DNA from: an uncultured delta proteobacterium
Lineage (GTDB): Bacteria; Desulfobacterota; WTBG01; CAIYCZ01; CAIRTM01
Direction of reading: 5' to 3'
Length of the DNA: 64,000 nucleotides
Assembly (NCBI GenBank): GCA_963804955.1
Contig: CAWDSQ010000007.1
Coordinates: 214,546 to 278,545, forward strand
The notes under the pieces are model-generated. The model saw only the letters and a program-made list of their open reading frames with translations, was not told the DNA's origin and did no database searches. The position numbers and the translations under genes were made by a program. Of this stretch, positions 1 through 10,225 are shown piece after piece (position 1 is the first letter of the stretch; every line of letters begins with the position of its first letter).

Positions 1-2
1 GG

Positions 3-216
3 ACCTGCGGCAAAACAACATCCGATGCAAAGCACCTGTGCAACCCGGGAAAATACGAACCGGTTTACACCTGTGAGTACTGCGGCACGGCAGGCAGCGA
101 TCCCCGCCACATCTGCAAGCCAAAGGTAGTAGACGTGCAGTGGTTCTGCGATGCCTGCGGCAGAGTATCCGTATCGAAAAGCCTGCTGTGCAAGCCCAAA
201 CAGATTAAAGGATAGC
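3..216 (+). CDS. C-terminal fragment of a Cys-rich (multiple CxxC) small protein; start lies outside window
   Basis: Open frame from window edge to TAG at 214-216; translation ...CNPGKYEPVYTCEYCGTAGSDPRHICKPKVVDVQWFCDACGRVS... with paired Cys motifs. Confidence 0.35.
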
Positions 217-320
217 TTGCCTGCGCAACGTCAGGCTCTGCGCGCGCAAAAAAAGCGCAGTTTAACCAGCAGGCATAAGACTATTTGTTCACCTTAGACA
301 TAACCGGGGGATCACGTCGC

Positions 321-578
321 ATGAAATATCTGCCTAAAACAGGGAGGCTTGAGCGCAACCTGTCGGACGCTCGCATAACATCCATACCAAAAAGCGAAAC
401 TGTCCAGACTATCGAACTCACCAGGTTGCCCGACGGCAGCATTTTGGAGGGAGATGATTTCATCCTGGCTGAAAAAGACCGCAAAGTGCTTGCTTTAAAA
501 GAAAAGTACGGCTCCATCGATGAAAAGCAGATCACCTGGGTAAAAATAAAAAAGGACCAGACAACCCCCGCATTATAG
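321..578 (+). CDS. hypothetical protein (probable start at MKYL within ORF 285..578)
   Basis: ORF track 285..578; followed by hairpin+T-run near 645-690. Confidence 0.3.
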   Translation: MKYLPKTGRLERNLSDARITSIPKSETVQTIELTRLPDGSILEGDDFILAEKDRKVLALKEKYGSIDEKQITWVKIKKDQTTPAL

Positions 579-794
579 CCTCAGGTGCATATGGCTCACG
601 CTGCACCGTGCTGTGCAGACCTGCCGCCACGAGCACAACCGGATGATCCAAACGCGAAGCCGCGACAGGCTCCGCGTTTTTTATTTTTGCACCTCTCGTC
701 AATGTAATGAATTGATAGAGCCGTCCGGGGAATAAACAGCTAGAGCATTTTTCAAATACTGTAGCCCACACAAAAAATCATTTTTCGAAAATGA

Positions 795-1150
795 AAATCC
801 TCATCCGTTCGCCCTGAGCCTGTCGAAGGGCTACGTGCCGTTCATGGTTCGACTGGCTGCACCACGTGACGGCTATGCCCTGTCCCGGATACTACAGCTC
901 CCAAAATAGAGGGAGGAAACATGCCCCTTAGCAAAGGGGGCTAGGGGGATTTGTCAGGCTGCAAAAATCCTGCCGGGGTTATCGCGGGGGTGATCCAAAG
1001 CCGGGGACGAAGCAGGCGGGATATCGACGTTGCTATAAAATAATTACGTAGGGGCCCTTGTTTTTTCGTAGGGGCTCAAAATTTTTAGCCCCTACAACGG
1101 CAGAGATTGCTTCACGTCGTTCGCAATGACAGTTGGTTTGACTTTTTACA
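795..1150. repeat. repeat-rich intergenic region: palindromic element 'ccgttcgccctgagcctgtcgaagggc' (inverted copy at 26535-26640), 'ccccctttagcaaaggggg' element (also 2017-2045, 21455-21540) and 'cgtaggggc' repeats
   Basis: Direct string matches within window. Confidence 0.55.
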
Positions 1151-1156
1151 GGAACA

Positions 1157-2005
1157 TCAAGGTTGAGCGATACGCTGTCCGGAACTCCAGCAAAAAAGCG
1201 CTATCGATACCGCAGCGGCAGCATTGAGCGATTCAACCGCGCCGGTCATGGGAATTGCCACGGCCTGATGCCGCAGCACATCGGGCAGGCCCTGCCCTTC
1301 CATGCCGGGAAGCAGCAGAAAGCGTTCGGGAAAAGCACATTCGCGTATCGACGCGCCCTGCATATCAAGGGCGACGATATGCCGGGCCATATCCGGCAGC
1401 TGCACCACCCCGGCAAGCGACGGTCCGCGGAAAAATGACAGCCTGAACACCGCGCCGCCCGATGCGCGGATGCTTTTCGGGTGAAACGGACTGGCTGCTT
1501 CTTTGAGCAGCACCACCTGCCGCACCCCGAACGCCGCTGCCGAGCGCGCCGCAGCACCCACATTGGCCGGGTCCTGAAACGGTAGGGCCAGAACGCAGCC
1601 GGGTTCGGTCAGCCGGCAATCCCATTCCGGGATGGATGGCGCAAGCATCTCAAGCAGGGGTCCGTTCGTCCTGAACATATCAAGCTCGTTGAAGAGCGCC
1701 TTCTTGAGTACAAGCAGCTTTCCCTCCCGGCTGAACTGCTGCACAACATCGCCCATGCCGCTCTCCTCAAAGCCGTCAAAGACAATCAGCGCGCAGCATT
1801 CCTGCGGCCGCTCCAGGGCAAGCTCCCGCACCAGCTTCGTGCCGGACACGAGCGTGCGCTCCTGCTTCTTCAGGCCGCGGCCATCGGTCAATTTGCACAG
1901 GGCCTTGAAGGTCCTGTTGTCGGGCGATGTGATGATAAGGGGGGCGTGGATTTTTTCGATCATGACTGCTACCGGCTGCTTCGTTCTTAGTACAGAGCCC
2001 CACAA
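1157..2005 (-). CDS. TrmH/SpoU family RNA 2'-O-methyltransferase
   Basis: 282 aa ORF; C-terminal SpoU motifs (…MTGAVESLNAAAAVSIALF…). Confidence 0.8.
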   Translation of the reverse strand: MWGSVLRTKQPVAVMIEKIHAPLIITSPDNRTFKALCKLTDGRGLKKQERTLVSGTKLVRELALERPQECCALIVFDGFEESGMGDVVQQFSREGKLLVLKKALFNELDMFRTNGPLLEMLAPSIPEWDCRLTEPGCVLALPFQDPANVGAAARSAAAFGVRQVVLLKEAASPFHPKSIRASGGAVFRLSFFRGPSLAGVVQLPDMARHIVALDMQGASIRECAFPERFLLLPGMEGQGLPDVLRHQAVAIPMTGAVESLNAAAAVSIALFCWSSGQRIAQP

Positions 2006-2206
2006 AAAAGGGGTGAAAAATTCCCCTTTAGCAAAGGGGGATTAACTAGGCTTATTTATCGTATGAAATTATATGCCCTCTTATTTGAGAGGCGCTGTAC
2101 TTATAATTGCACAGCTAACCTATAAAACAACAGGCCAAATTTTACAATGTGAAACACGTCGCCCCGCACATGCTCACTTGACAGTCTGCCGGACTTAGGC
2201 TAAAAG

Positions 2207-2220
2207 TATAACATATGTAC
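2207..2220 (+). promoter_or_regulatory. candidate operator palindrome (tataACATATGTac) about 30 bp upstream of lexA start; also CTGT-N12-ACAG at 2095-2114
   Basis: Perfect 8-bp palindrome ACATATGT resembling a GAAC-N4-GTTC type SOS box core; position relative to lexA. Confidence 0.3.
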
Positions 2221-2250
2221 AATCAAATTACATGACAGAGGTCACTACCC

Positions 2251-2867
2251 ATGGAACAGCTGACCGCAAAGCAGGCGCGGGTGCTTGATTTCATAAAAGG
2301 CCACCTGCAGCATACCGGCTATCCGCCCACGGTTCGTGAAATAGCCGACAGGCTCGGCCTTGCAGGCCCCAACAGCGCAAAAAAATTTCTCGATATCCTC
2401 GAACGCAAGGGATGCATCCGGCGGCAGCCGGGCTGCTCGCGTGCCATTGAAATTATGGGATCCTGCGGGCCGCAGCCATTCGCAGCCTGCCCGTAGTGGG
2501 CGCCATACGGGCAGGCGAACCGGTGCTGGCCTTTGAAAACATCGAGGAGCATGTGGCAGTGGACCCGTCTTTTGCCCGTGGCGAAGGGCTCTTCTTCCTT
2601 CGCGTGAAGGGCGACAGCATGATCGATGCTCATGTCATGGACGGCGACCTTGCCCTCATCCGGCCCCAGCCGGAAGTCGCCTCCGGCGACATTGCCGCCG
2701 TGCTGCTCGGCGATGAGGCGACGCTGAAATATTTTTTTAAAGAAAAAACAGCTATACGCCTGCAGCCTGCCAACCCTGCCTATGAGCCGATTGTGATTAA
2801 GCAGAAAGATGGCGCGCAGGTGCGCATCATCGGCAAGGTTGTTGGCGTCATGAGGAAAATGGAGTAG
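2251..2867 (+). CDS. lexA: LexA repressor, split into two frames (2251..2496 and 2496..2867) by an apparent 1-nt indel near 2456-2470
   Basis: N-terminal wHTH (…YPPTVREIADRLGL…) and C-terminal S24 peptidase domain (…LPVVGAIRAGEP…FLLRVKGDSMIDAHVMDGDLALI…); the two ORFs are contiguous in adjacent frames. Confidence 0.85.
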
Positions 2868-3098
2868 CATGGATTTTAGATTGAGGATATTGGATTTCAG
2901 ACTCTGGGCTTGGTCTGGGCTTGGGGTCGAATCTTTAACGTGACATTTCTTCGAAAAGATAAGGTAACAGGCTTAGTTCTGCTGCCTCACAAATCGAGCT
3001 TACCGGTTGAGGTATAGTTGTTCAAATATTCAGAAAAAACAGAATTAACGGGCAAAAAAAAATGAAGCGAATTCTACAGATCAGACTTTTTAAAAATA

Positions 3099-3128
3099 TT
3101 GACATCTTTGCAAAGGAATACTATATAG
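3099..3128 (+). promoter_or_regulatory. sigma70-like promoter (TTGACA-17bp-TATATA) upstream of Abi_2 gene
   Basis: ttgacatctttgcaaaggaatacTATATAg in AT-rich tract 2870-3200. Confidence 0.45.
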
Positions 3129-3200
3129 AAGTCAGCACACCCGCCGCGCCTCTGCCTAGCATGCGAAATTCGGTGGGTTTTTCTTTTTCTGGGGGGCTTT

Positions 3201-4100
3201 ATGGAATATTGTAAGCCCCCGCTTTCCTTTGAGGCACAGGCAGAGCTTCTCCTCTCACGGGGCCTTCAGGCAGATAAAAACGCTTTAATTGCTCGCTTGC
3301 AAGCGGTTAATTATTACCGGCTTAGCGCCTATCTTTATCCCTTTCGTAAGAACTCAAGCGATACATTCCAAAAAAATACTACTCTTGATCTTGTCTGGAA
3401 ACACTACACCTTCGACCGTCAATTACGAATCCTCGCAATGGATGCCATTGAGCGTATCGAAGTTGCGGTGAGGACTCAGCTTGTCTACCATTTTGCGCAT
3501 CGACATGGCGCGTTTGATTATTTAAAGCCAACCAACTTCCCGAAGCTAAGCCAAGACCGATTTAACCGCTGGCTTGTCGACATGAAAGATGAAATCAAGC
3601 GCAGCCGGGAGACATTTGCAGAGCACTTTAGTCAAAAATATGGCGATCATCATGAACTACCGCCTCTTTGGATGCTTTGTGAAGTCATGAGCTTCGGGAA
3701 AATGCTGACCCTTTTTAACGGCGTTGACGATGCCATGAGACGCTTGATTGCCCGCGAATATGGGCTTGAGGATAAGGTGCTTCAATCCTGGCTTGGTTCG
3801 CTCAACGTCATTAGAAACATCTGCGCTCATCATGGACGTCTCTGGAATCGCGAACTCGGATTTAAGCCTTTCATACCGCGCAGGCAGAAATATCCGCAGT
3901 GGCATGCTCCTGTAGAAATTGCCAATCACCGCATCTTTGCCATAATGACTATCCTTAAGTTTATGCTTAGGAAAGTTGCACCTACAAGCAAATGGGAGTG
4001 CCGGTTTAGCGACCTTCTCAGCCGTTATCCTGAAATACCGCTTGCGTCGATGGGGTTCCCGGGAAACTGGGAAAGTTGCGCAATTTGGAGCAACCAATAA
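3201..4100 (+). CDS. Abi_2 family (AbiD/AbiF-like) abortive infection protein
   Basis: 299 aa; motifs YYRLSAY, LWMLCEVMSFG, RNICAHHGRLWNR typical of Abi_2/AbiD-F; AT-richer than flanks. Confidence 0.75.
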   Translation: MEYCKPPLSFEAQAELLLSRGLQADKNALIARLQAVNYYRLSAYLYPFRKNSSDTFQKNTTLDLVWKHYTFDRQLRILAMDAIERIEVAVRTQLVYHFAHRHGAFDYLKPTNFPKLSQDRFNRWLVDMKDEIKRSRETFAEHFSQKYGDHHELPPLWMLCEVMSFGKMLTLFNGVDDAMRRLIAREYGLEDKVLQSWLGSLNVIRNICAHHGRLWNRELGFKPFIPRRQKYPQWHAPVEIANHRIFAIMTILKFMLRKVAPTSKWECRFSDLLSRYPEIPLASMGFPGNWESCAIWSNQ

Positions 4101-4153
4101 AATCAACAACGCGAAAAAAATACGCAAACAAGTTCCATCAGACAATTTAAACT

Positions 4154-5384
4154 ATGCCGAGCACTATCATCCATCTTGACATGAACGCCTTCTTCGCCTC
4201 GGTGGAGCAGCAGTGCTAACCCCGCCCTGCGGGGCAAGCCTATTGCTGTCGTCGGCCGGGGCAGCCGCACCGTTGTCACCACGGCCTCCTATGAGGCCCG
4301 GGCTTTCGGCGTCAAGACGGGCATGAACAAATTTGAGGCGCAGCGGCAGTGCCCGCACATCATTTTCGTGGAAGGCAATAACCGGCGCTATGCCGAAACA
4401 TGCGCCGGGTTCACGGCCATGTGCCGCAGGTTTACCCCGCTGGTGGAGGTTTTTTCCATTGATGAAGTATTCATGGATGTGACCGGCTCCTTAAAGATTT
4501 TCTCCTCGGCCCGGGATATTATCGCACGTATTAAGCAGCAGATAAAAAGCCGGTACGGCCTTACCTGCTCGGCAGGCATCGCCCCCAATAAGCTGCTTGC
4601 CAAACTTGCCAGCGACCGGGAAAAGCCCGACGGACTGGTGGACATACCGCCTGACACCGTGCTGCCCTTTCTTGAAGGCCTGCCGGTCCAGGACCTGTGC
4701 GGCATCGGGAGCAAAACGCAGGCAAAGCTGGCGCTTCTCGGCATAACAACCTGCGGCCAGCTCGGCAGGGCTGACGCGAATCTGCTCTCCCGCCATTTCG
4801 GTGTGATGGGAGACATGCTGCGCCACATGGGAAGGGGAGAAGACGACAGCCCGGTGGTGCCTTTGGAAGAGACGCCCGACCCCAAGTCAATCGGCCACAG
4901 CCATACTCTTCCGAGCGATATAACCCGGCGCGAGCTGCTTGATTTCCATCTGCTGCGGCTCTCTGAAATGGTTGGCCGCCGGGCGCGCGATGGCGGCTTT
5001 GCCGGCCGCACCGTATGCCTTACTATCCGCTATAAGGATTTCACCACCTTCACCCGCAGAGTTTCTGTTTCGCATCCTATGTGCGAAACCCCGGATATAT
5101 TTGCCGCGGCAAAAGGCATTCTTGACGGCATCAAGCTTCAGCAGGCCGTGCGGCTGGTGGGCGTAGCGCTTTCACAGCTGGGAGAGATGCCGCGCCAGCT
5201 GCCCCTTTTTGCAAAGCAAACCAAAAGCCGCAAGCTTACCCGTGCGATGGATGAAATCAATAACCGCTTTGGTGATTTTACGCTGACCTGGGGCAGCATG
5301 CTTGAGCATGATGATTCTGAAGGCCACGGGGGCGTGATATCGCCTGCCTGGCGGCCTGAAGGCGTGCGAAAAATCACGTTTTGA
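4154..5384 (+). CDS. dinB: Y-family DNA polymerase IV (DinB); N-terminal 21 codons in another frame (frameshift near 4212-4220)
   Basis: MPSTIIHLDMNAFFASVEQQ(C*) then NPALRGKPIAVVG… in the +1 frame; rest of ORF 4323..5384 has Y-family palm/fingers/little-finger signatures. Confidence 0.85.
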
Positions 5385-5534
5385 CCGCACTAAAAAAATT
5401 CACTGAAGAGTCAGGAAGCGTGCAGAGGAAAAATGTATTTTTTTCTCAAGAAACTGTTGCCAAGTGCCGACTATAGGATTAATAAATAATGCACGGAAGT
5501 CGTTAACCATTTTCTCTAGAAAGGAAGGTATGTC

Positions 5535-5639
5535 ATGTCAAAAGGAATGGATGCCAAAAAAACAGACAAAAAGAAGTCGGAAAAAAGCCTGAAAGAAAAA
5601 CGAGCCGAAAAGAAACAGAAAAAGGCCAACAAGGCCTGA
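5535..5639 (+). CDS. 34-aa lysine-rich small basic protein (MSKGMDAKKTDKKKSEKSLKEKRAEKKQKKANKA)
   Basis: RBS aaggaagg 6 nt upstream of ATG; strong intrinsic terminator immediately downstream; below ORF-track size cutoff. Confidence 0.4.
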   Translation: MSKGMDAKKTDKKKSEKSLKEKRAEKKQKKANKA

Positions 5640-5651
5640 AAAAATACGAAA

Positions 5652-5690
5652 CAGGGAGGAGACGCACAGGCGCTCCTCCCTGTTTTTTTT
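5652..5690 (+). terminator. intrinsic terminator (cagggaggag…ctcctccctg + T8)
   Basis: 10-bp GC-rich stem and U-run. Confidence 0.65.
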
Positions 5691-5725
5691 CACCCGCGCG
5701 CCCTGTTGCGGAGGGAGAACCAACA

Positions 5726-6163
5726 ATGGACACCGCACAGCTCAGTCAGGTTGAGTACGTCGGCTTCTGGCCCCGTGTGCTTGCCTCGATCATCGACAGC
5801 GTTCTGCTTATGCTGGTGCTGGCGCCGGTTGCCGGCATGCTGACGGGCGGCGGCACCGGCAGTGTGCTCATCAATGTCATCCTGCCCGCCGTGGCAGTCA
5901 TTGTTTTCTGGATATACAAATCGGCAACACCGGGCAAAATGATCATCAAGGCTGAAATTGTCGACGCAAAGACCTTCGGCAAGCCCACCACCGGCCAGTT
6001 TATCGGCCGGTATCTGGGGTATTATGTTTCAACCATTCCGCTTTTGCTGGGGCTTATCTGGGTGGCCTTCGATGAGCGGAAGCAGGGCTGGCATGACAAG
6101 CTTGCCGGCACCGTCGTGATCAGCACGAAAGACCGGGGGCAGCAGCAGGCTCCACAGGCATAA
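5726..6163 (+). CDS. RDD family membrane protein
   Basis: 145 aa, TM helices and R…D…D signature (…GRYLGYY…FDERKQGWHDKLAGTVV…). Confidence 0.7.
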   Translation: MDTAQLSQVEYVGFWPRVLASIIDSVLLMLVLAPVAGMLTGGGTGSVLINVILPAVAVIVFWIYKSATPGKMIIKAEIVDAKTFGKPTTGQFIGRYLGYYVSTIPLLLGLIWVAFDERKQGWHDKLAGTVVISTKDRGQQQAPQA

Positions 6164-6295
6164 AAAAACGACGGGGCATGACCTTGTCGTTTCATCTCAA
6201 CATGTGTAATGGGTGAACCCCATCATTGATGCAAATGGATATATTGCGGGTTTTACCAACAATATTTGTGAACTAAAATTTCCTTCTCCCCTTGA

Positions 6296-6640
6296 GAGGC
6301 TGTGTTGCAATCACCTTTGCTGTCATCTCGACCCCTTCGGCTTTGCTCAGGGCAGGCTCCGGGAGAGATCTTTGTAGCAGGTAAAATCAAGGGCTTAAGA
6401 TTGATGCGCGGTGGCGCAACCTGCGGACTCACCGCCTGCGGCGGATTCGAAATGACATTAATAAATCAATCTGGTTATCTCCAAAGCTGAACTTACCCTT
6501 ATTCTGGACACCAACTTACGAACACTGTGTCGTAATTGCCCTTGATGTCATTTCGAATCCCGCTGAAAGCGGGATGAGAAATCCTAACGCCCTAATTTCA
6601 CATCAGTCTAAGATTTCTCCCTGCGGTCGAAATGGCAGTT
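6296..6640. repeat. composite/degenerate copies of the MITE-like family (left TIR-like ggctgtgttgcaat; internal 'cctgcggcggattcgaaatgacattaataaatcaat'; inverted partial copy 6530-6640)
   Basis: High similarity to 44635-44798, 49990-50129, 57804-57942. Confidence 0.5.
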
Positions 6641-6893
6641 TTCGCTGACAGAGGGGTTTTCGTTCAGATACTATATAAGATGATATATTCTTTATAGAGC
6701 ATGGAAGTTTTGGCCTTCCGGATAAAATCGTTCATTGCCCTCAGGCAGCAAAGATTTTTCACTTGCAAAGATGCTTTGATAGTTGTTTAATGCAAAAATG
6801 GGATGAGGGGCCTTGCGGATGAATCCTGCTGGGAAGGATACCCCCGCACGCCGCATACTGCAATTTTCAAAAAATCCTCGCATGTGAGGGATA

Positions 6894-7163
6894 GTGAAAA
6901 AAATTGACCTATTGGGAAGACTGGAAAATTTCTTCTTATATAGTTTTTATCCCCTATTGTTTCTTGCCCTTTCCGGTATATTGATAATAGTTGATTCCCT
7001 TTTCTTTCAGGACTTTCCTGTACTGCTGCGAGCTGTATTGTTCTGTGCCGGTGTATTTTCCGGCGCGGCTCTCGGGTATAGTGCAGCAACAGTGATATTT
7101 GACCTTTTTTTCCCCCGGTACTGCAGGGTTATGGAAGAAATCGTCAATGAAAAACAAGAATAG
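6894..7163 (+). CDS. small hydrophobic hypothetical protein
   Basis: 89 aa ORF with 2 predicted TM segments; weak. Confidence 0.3.
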   Translation: MKKIDLLGRLENFFLYSFYPLLFLALSGILIIVDSLFFQDFPVLLRAVLFCAGVFSGAALGYSAATVIFDLFFPRYCRVMEEIVNEKQE

Positions 7164-7445
7164 GCCGACAGGCCGCTTGACCCTCTTGTTCCCGCCCCCT
7201 TTTTTTTCGGCCTTTGATTCCTGAACAGTGCCCTTGAGTGCATTCTTAAAAATAGCATAGCCACAGGCGCACCTGTGCAGAGGGCTGCAAAAAAGTTCTC
7301 TCGTGGGTCGTCACCTTCAATAGTAGCAGTTGCTGGTACCCTCACTCCACCCGCAGGAAGGGCACTGTTGGGCCTAAAAGATAGCCTTTGGGGCTATTGA
7401 TTAAACCGATATTTCTATATATCCTATACGTCTCAGGAAGGTATT

Positions 7446-7856
7446 TTGAAAAAAACAGGTCCGATTAATAGAGCCAATCAATTTCTCAAACGGTTCGTGC
7501 AGATACTATATGCGGATTATCAGGAGAGAAGAAGGCCGAATATGGCGCCACTCGTTGCAGCTAAACAAACTGTAAAAGAAATCGCAATAGCCATTTTGAC
7601 AGCCATTGCCGCTTGTATCAACAGGTGTTGCAGGGGGAAGCAGCAGTCCCTGGACAGAGCAAAGATGGGACAGGTCGTTTTTGACCTGGAGGACCGTTTG
7701 CGCAAGGTGGCAATCGAGCTTATGCGCGTCAATGGTGTATCGCCATCGAGGATTGAAGAACTGAAGGCAGAGAAGAATAAGCTGCTTGCGGAGATTGATG
7801 CCGTGACCCGTGCCGCCGGGCTGAGAAGCCGCATCTTGTCTTCCGGTTTTGAATGA
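7446..7856 (+). CDS. hypothetical protein
   Basis: 136 aa ORF. Confidence 0.35.
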   Translation: MKKTGPINRANQFLKRFVQILYADYQERRRPNMAPLVAAKQTVKEIAIAILTAIAACINRCCRGKQQSLDRAKMGQVVFDLEDRLRKVAIELMRVNGVSPSRIEELKAEKNKLLAEIDAVTRAAGLRSRILSSGFE

Positions 7857-8083
7857 TTGTTGCGCCCTCGTCCGTTCAGCGTTTATGTCCGTCTCAGTGA
7901 TGCCAAGGGCGATGGGAGTTGAAATGCCTTTACACCCCCCCCTGTAATTTTTTAGCTACATTATCTAAGAATTGGTCCGATACGTTACTTATAAGAAAAG
8001 AGAAGCAATCATAAGCGATAGCCGTGGATCACAAACAATGAGGGGTAAGCCATGGACAAGACACTCCAGACTGATAAAAAACC

Positions 8084-8494
8084 GTGCCGGAAGCCGGAGC
8101 TGATGGCATATTGTTTTCAGGGGGATACAGAGTGACTGCTACCACACCGGGCACCAGTGAACGTTTCAATGTCCACCTCAAAGCCACATATGGCATCATG
8201 GGGCTGGACATGCAGCCTCAGGATTGCCGGATCGCCAATCTGAGTGCAAGCGGTGCGAAAGTTCTCTTCCCGCACACTGAAAGCTTTAAGAACGGAGCTG
8301 TTATTGCAGTGGATATACCCATACCGAACACGAGCATGCGCATTGCTGCTGAGGCGGAAATCATATGGACCAGGCAGCGCTTCAATGAGTTAATAAGCGG
8401 CATCAGGTTTTCCGGTGCGCTCAGTGATGCCATGCTCCGGCAGGTCGTTAACAATATTCAGCAGTTGAGCGATTATACCGAGGTGATCTGGTAA
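8084..8494 (+). CDS. PilZ domain protein (paralog of 47962..48324)
   Basis: …DCRIANLSASGAKVLF…IPIPNTSMRIAAEAEIIW… matches PilZ RxxxR/DxSxxG pattern. Confidence 0.6.
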   Translation: MPEAGADGILFSGGYRVTATTPGTSERFNVHLKATYGIMGLDMQPQDCRIANLSASGAKVLFPHTESFKNGAVIAVDIPIPNTSMRIAAEAEIIWTRQRFNELISGIRFSGALSDAMLRQVVNNIQQLSDYTEVIW

Positions 8495-9033
8495 ACAGGC
8501 TGCCCTGGCGTCAACCTCCAAAAACCGAGACATTGCAAAGCACGTGGTTGTGGCACATGAAAAGCGGGGCTGTAAAAGGCCCTGCTTTTTTTATGCATGC
8601 CGGTCAGTTGTCCTCCTTTTTACTCCTTTGTAATCTTAGGGTGAAAAAAAGTGACGGATTTATTGCTTTCAGAAGGGCCGTCGCTTATGGCGATGATTCC
8701 TGAAGATAGCAAGCCAAACGCAGCGTGTTTTGAATTACTCCCTTTCTGGGCGAAATCAAGTCACCCTCTATGCTGGCGTCTGCTGACTTTTTTGCAGCAA
8801 CATGCCGCCGTGGCACACAAGCACCCCACTCCGCGTCTTCACCGAAGGTAAAAAAACTCTAGAACCGCACCATCCCTCCGCCCCCATCATCATTTTTTAC
8901 TATTGATTTTAGCTATTGAATAACCTAAATAATATACTATTAGCCTCTTAAATTTTAGATTTTTCGTTTTTCTATTCCTTGTTCTTCTAAAAATTTCTAT
9001 TCATAAAAATTTTATCTGTGAAGGGAGGATGTC

Positions 9034-10134
9034 ATGAATCGTATTTTTCGCGCTTTTTCGTTAGCCTTGTCACTGGCACTCCTGGGAAGTTTCGCAATAC
9101 TATCTTCAGCGCCTCAACAAGCCGCTGCAGCCGGCACCCTTACTGTTGGCATTTATGGCGCAACTGAAGCAAGCTATTTAACAGATATCCAGAGCAAACT
9201 GAACAGCACCGGGTTTTTTAGCCAGGTGGATATTCACGAGATAGGCGCATACACTCCGACCTTGGCAGAACTACAAGGTTATCAGGCTGTGCTTGTGTTC
9301 TGTGATGACGATTTCCATAACAACACTACAATGGGCGATGTTCTGGCAGATTATGCAGATGCTGGCGGCGGCGTTGTGGTGGCCACCTTTGCTTTCACAT
9401 CCGGTTGGGGTGTTGGCGGGCGGATCTTAAGCGGCGGCTATCTGCCTTTTACGTTTAATGAGCAGAATGAAGGAACACTCCTCACTTTGATCCCGGACCT
9501 GCCGGCCCATCCCATTCTGGCAGGCGTCAATTCCTTCGACGGAGGATCTAACAGCTACCATGATGTCGTAACCCTAACGGCTGGCGCGACCCAGGTGGCT
9601 CATTGGAGCAACGACGTTCCGCTGGTTGCCACGAAACAGAAGGCCACCGGGATAAAAATCGTGGGTTTGAACTTTTTTCCACCCTCCAGCGATGCCAGAT
9701 CGGACTTCTGGAATGCAACAACAGATGGCGCCCTGCTGATGGGCAACTCGCTGGGCTGGGCGGCCTGTATTGATAATGACAATGACACCTATGGACAAGG
9801 CTGTGCTGCAGGGCCTGACTGCGACGATACGGATGTTTTTTACACCGACATCTGCCAGGACTGCCAGGTAAAGGTTATTCCCAAAACCTTTGGCAGGCTG
9901 ATTGGCGGCCAGGAGAAGAGCAGATGGCTGCTCATTATCGGGGAGCGGGGGATGGATTTCGGAGATAACGCCACGATCAGATGGGAGTCAAATGCGATAG
10001 AGGTTGTTAAGACGCATGTGTTTTTCAAACGGTTCATGTTAATGCAGGCGAAGTTCAACGGTGAGCCGCTTGAGATGCAGGACTACCGTGTGCTCGTCAA
10101 CAGCTGCGAAGGCAAGATCACCTGGGCGAGATGA
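9034..10134 (+). CDS. secreted protein with ThuA/GATase1-like N-domain and Myxococcales-type Cys-rich metal-binding motif (C-x-DNDNDTYGQGC…DCDDTD)
   Basis: Signal peptide MNRIFRAFSLALSLALLGSFAILSSA; Cys-rich motif at residues ~245-280. Confidence 0.55.
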   Translation: MNRIFRAFSLALSLALLGSFAILSSAPQQAAAAGTLTVGIYGATEASYLTDIQSKLNSTGFFSQVDIHEIGAYTPTLAELQGYQAVLVFCDDDFHNNTTMGDVLADYADAGGGVVVATFAFTSGWGVGGRILSGGYLPFTFNEQNEGTLLTLIPDLPAHPILAGVNSFDGGSNSYHDVVTLTAGATQVAHWSNDVPLVATKQKATGIKIVGLNFFPPSSDARSDFWNATTDGALLMGNSLGWAACIDNDNDTYGQGCAAGPDCDDTDVFYTDICQDCQVKVIPKTFGRLIGGQEKSRWLLIIGERGMDFGDNATIRWESNAIEVVKTHVFFKRFMLMQAKFNGEPLEMQDYRVLVNSCEGKITWAR

Positions 10135-10182
10135 TTGCCGACAGCGTTTGCTGAGGTTTTAATCTGCTGAAACCGAAACAAT

Positions 10183-10225
10183 AAAAAGCCCCGTTCACTT
10201 TGTATCCTTTTGAACGGGGCTTTTA
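10183..10225 (+). terminator. intrinsic terminator (ccccgttcactttgtatccttttgaacgggg ctttt)
   Basis: hairpin + T-run after 9034..10134. Confidence 0.55.

Noticed and set aside
2319-2870. 183-aa minus-strand ORF
   Set aside because: Antisense to lexA. High-GC shadow ORF.
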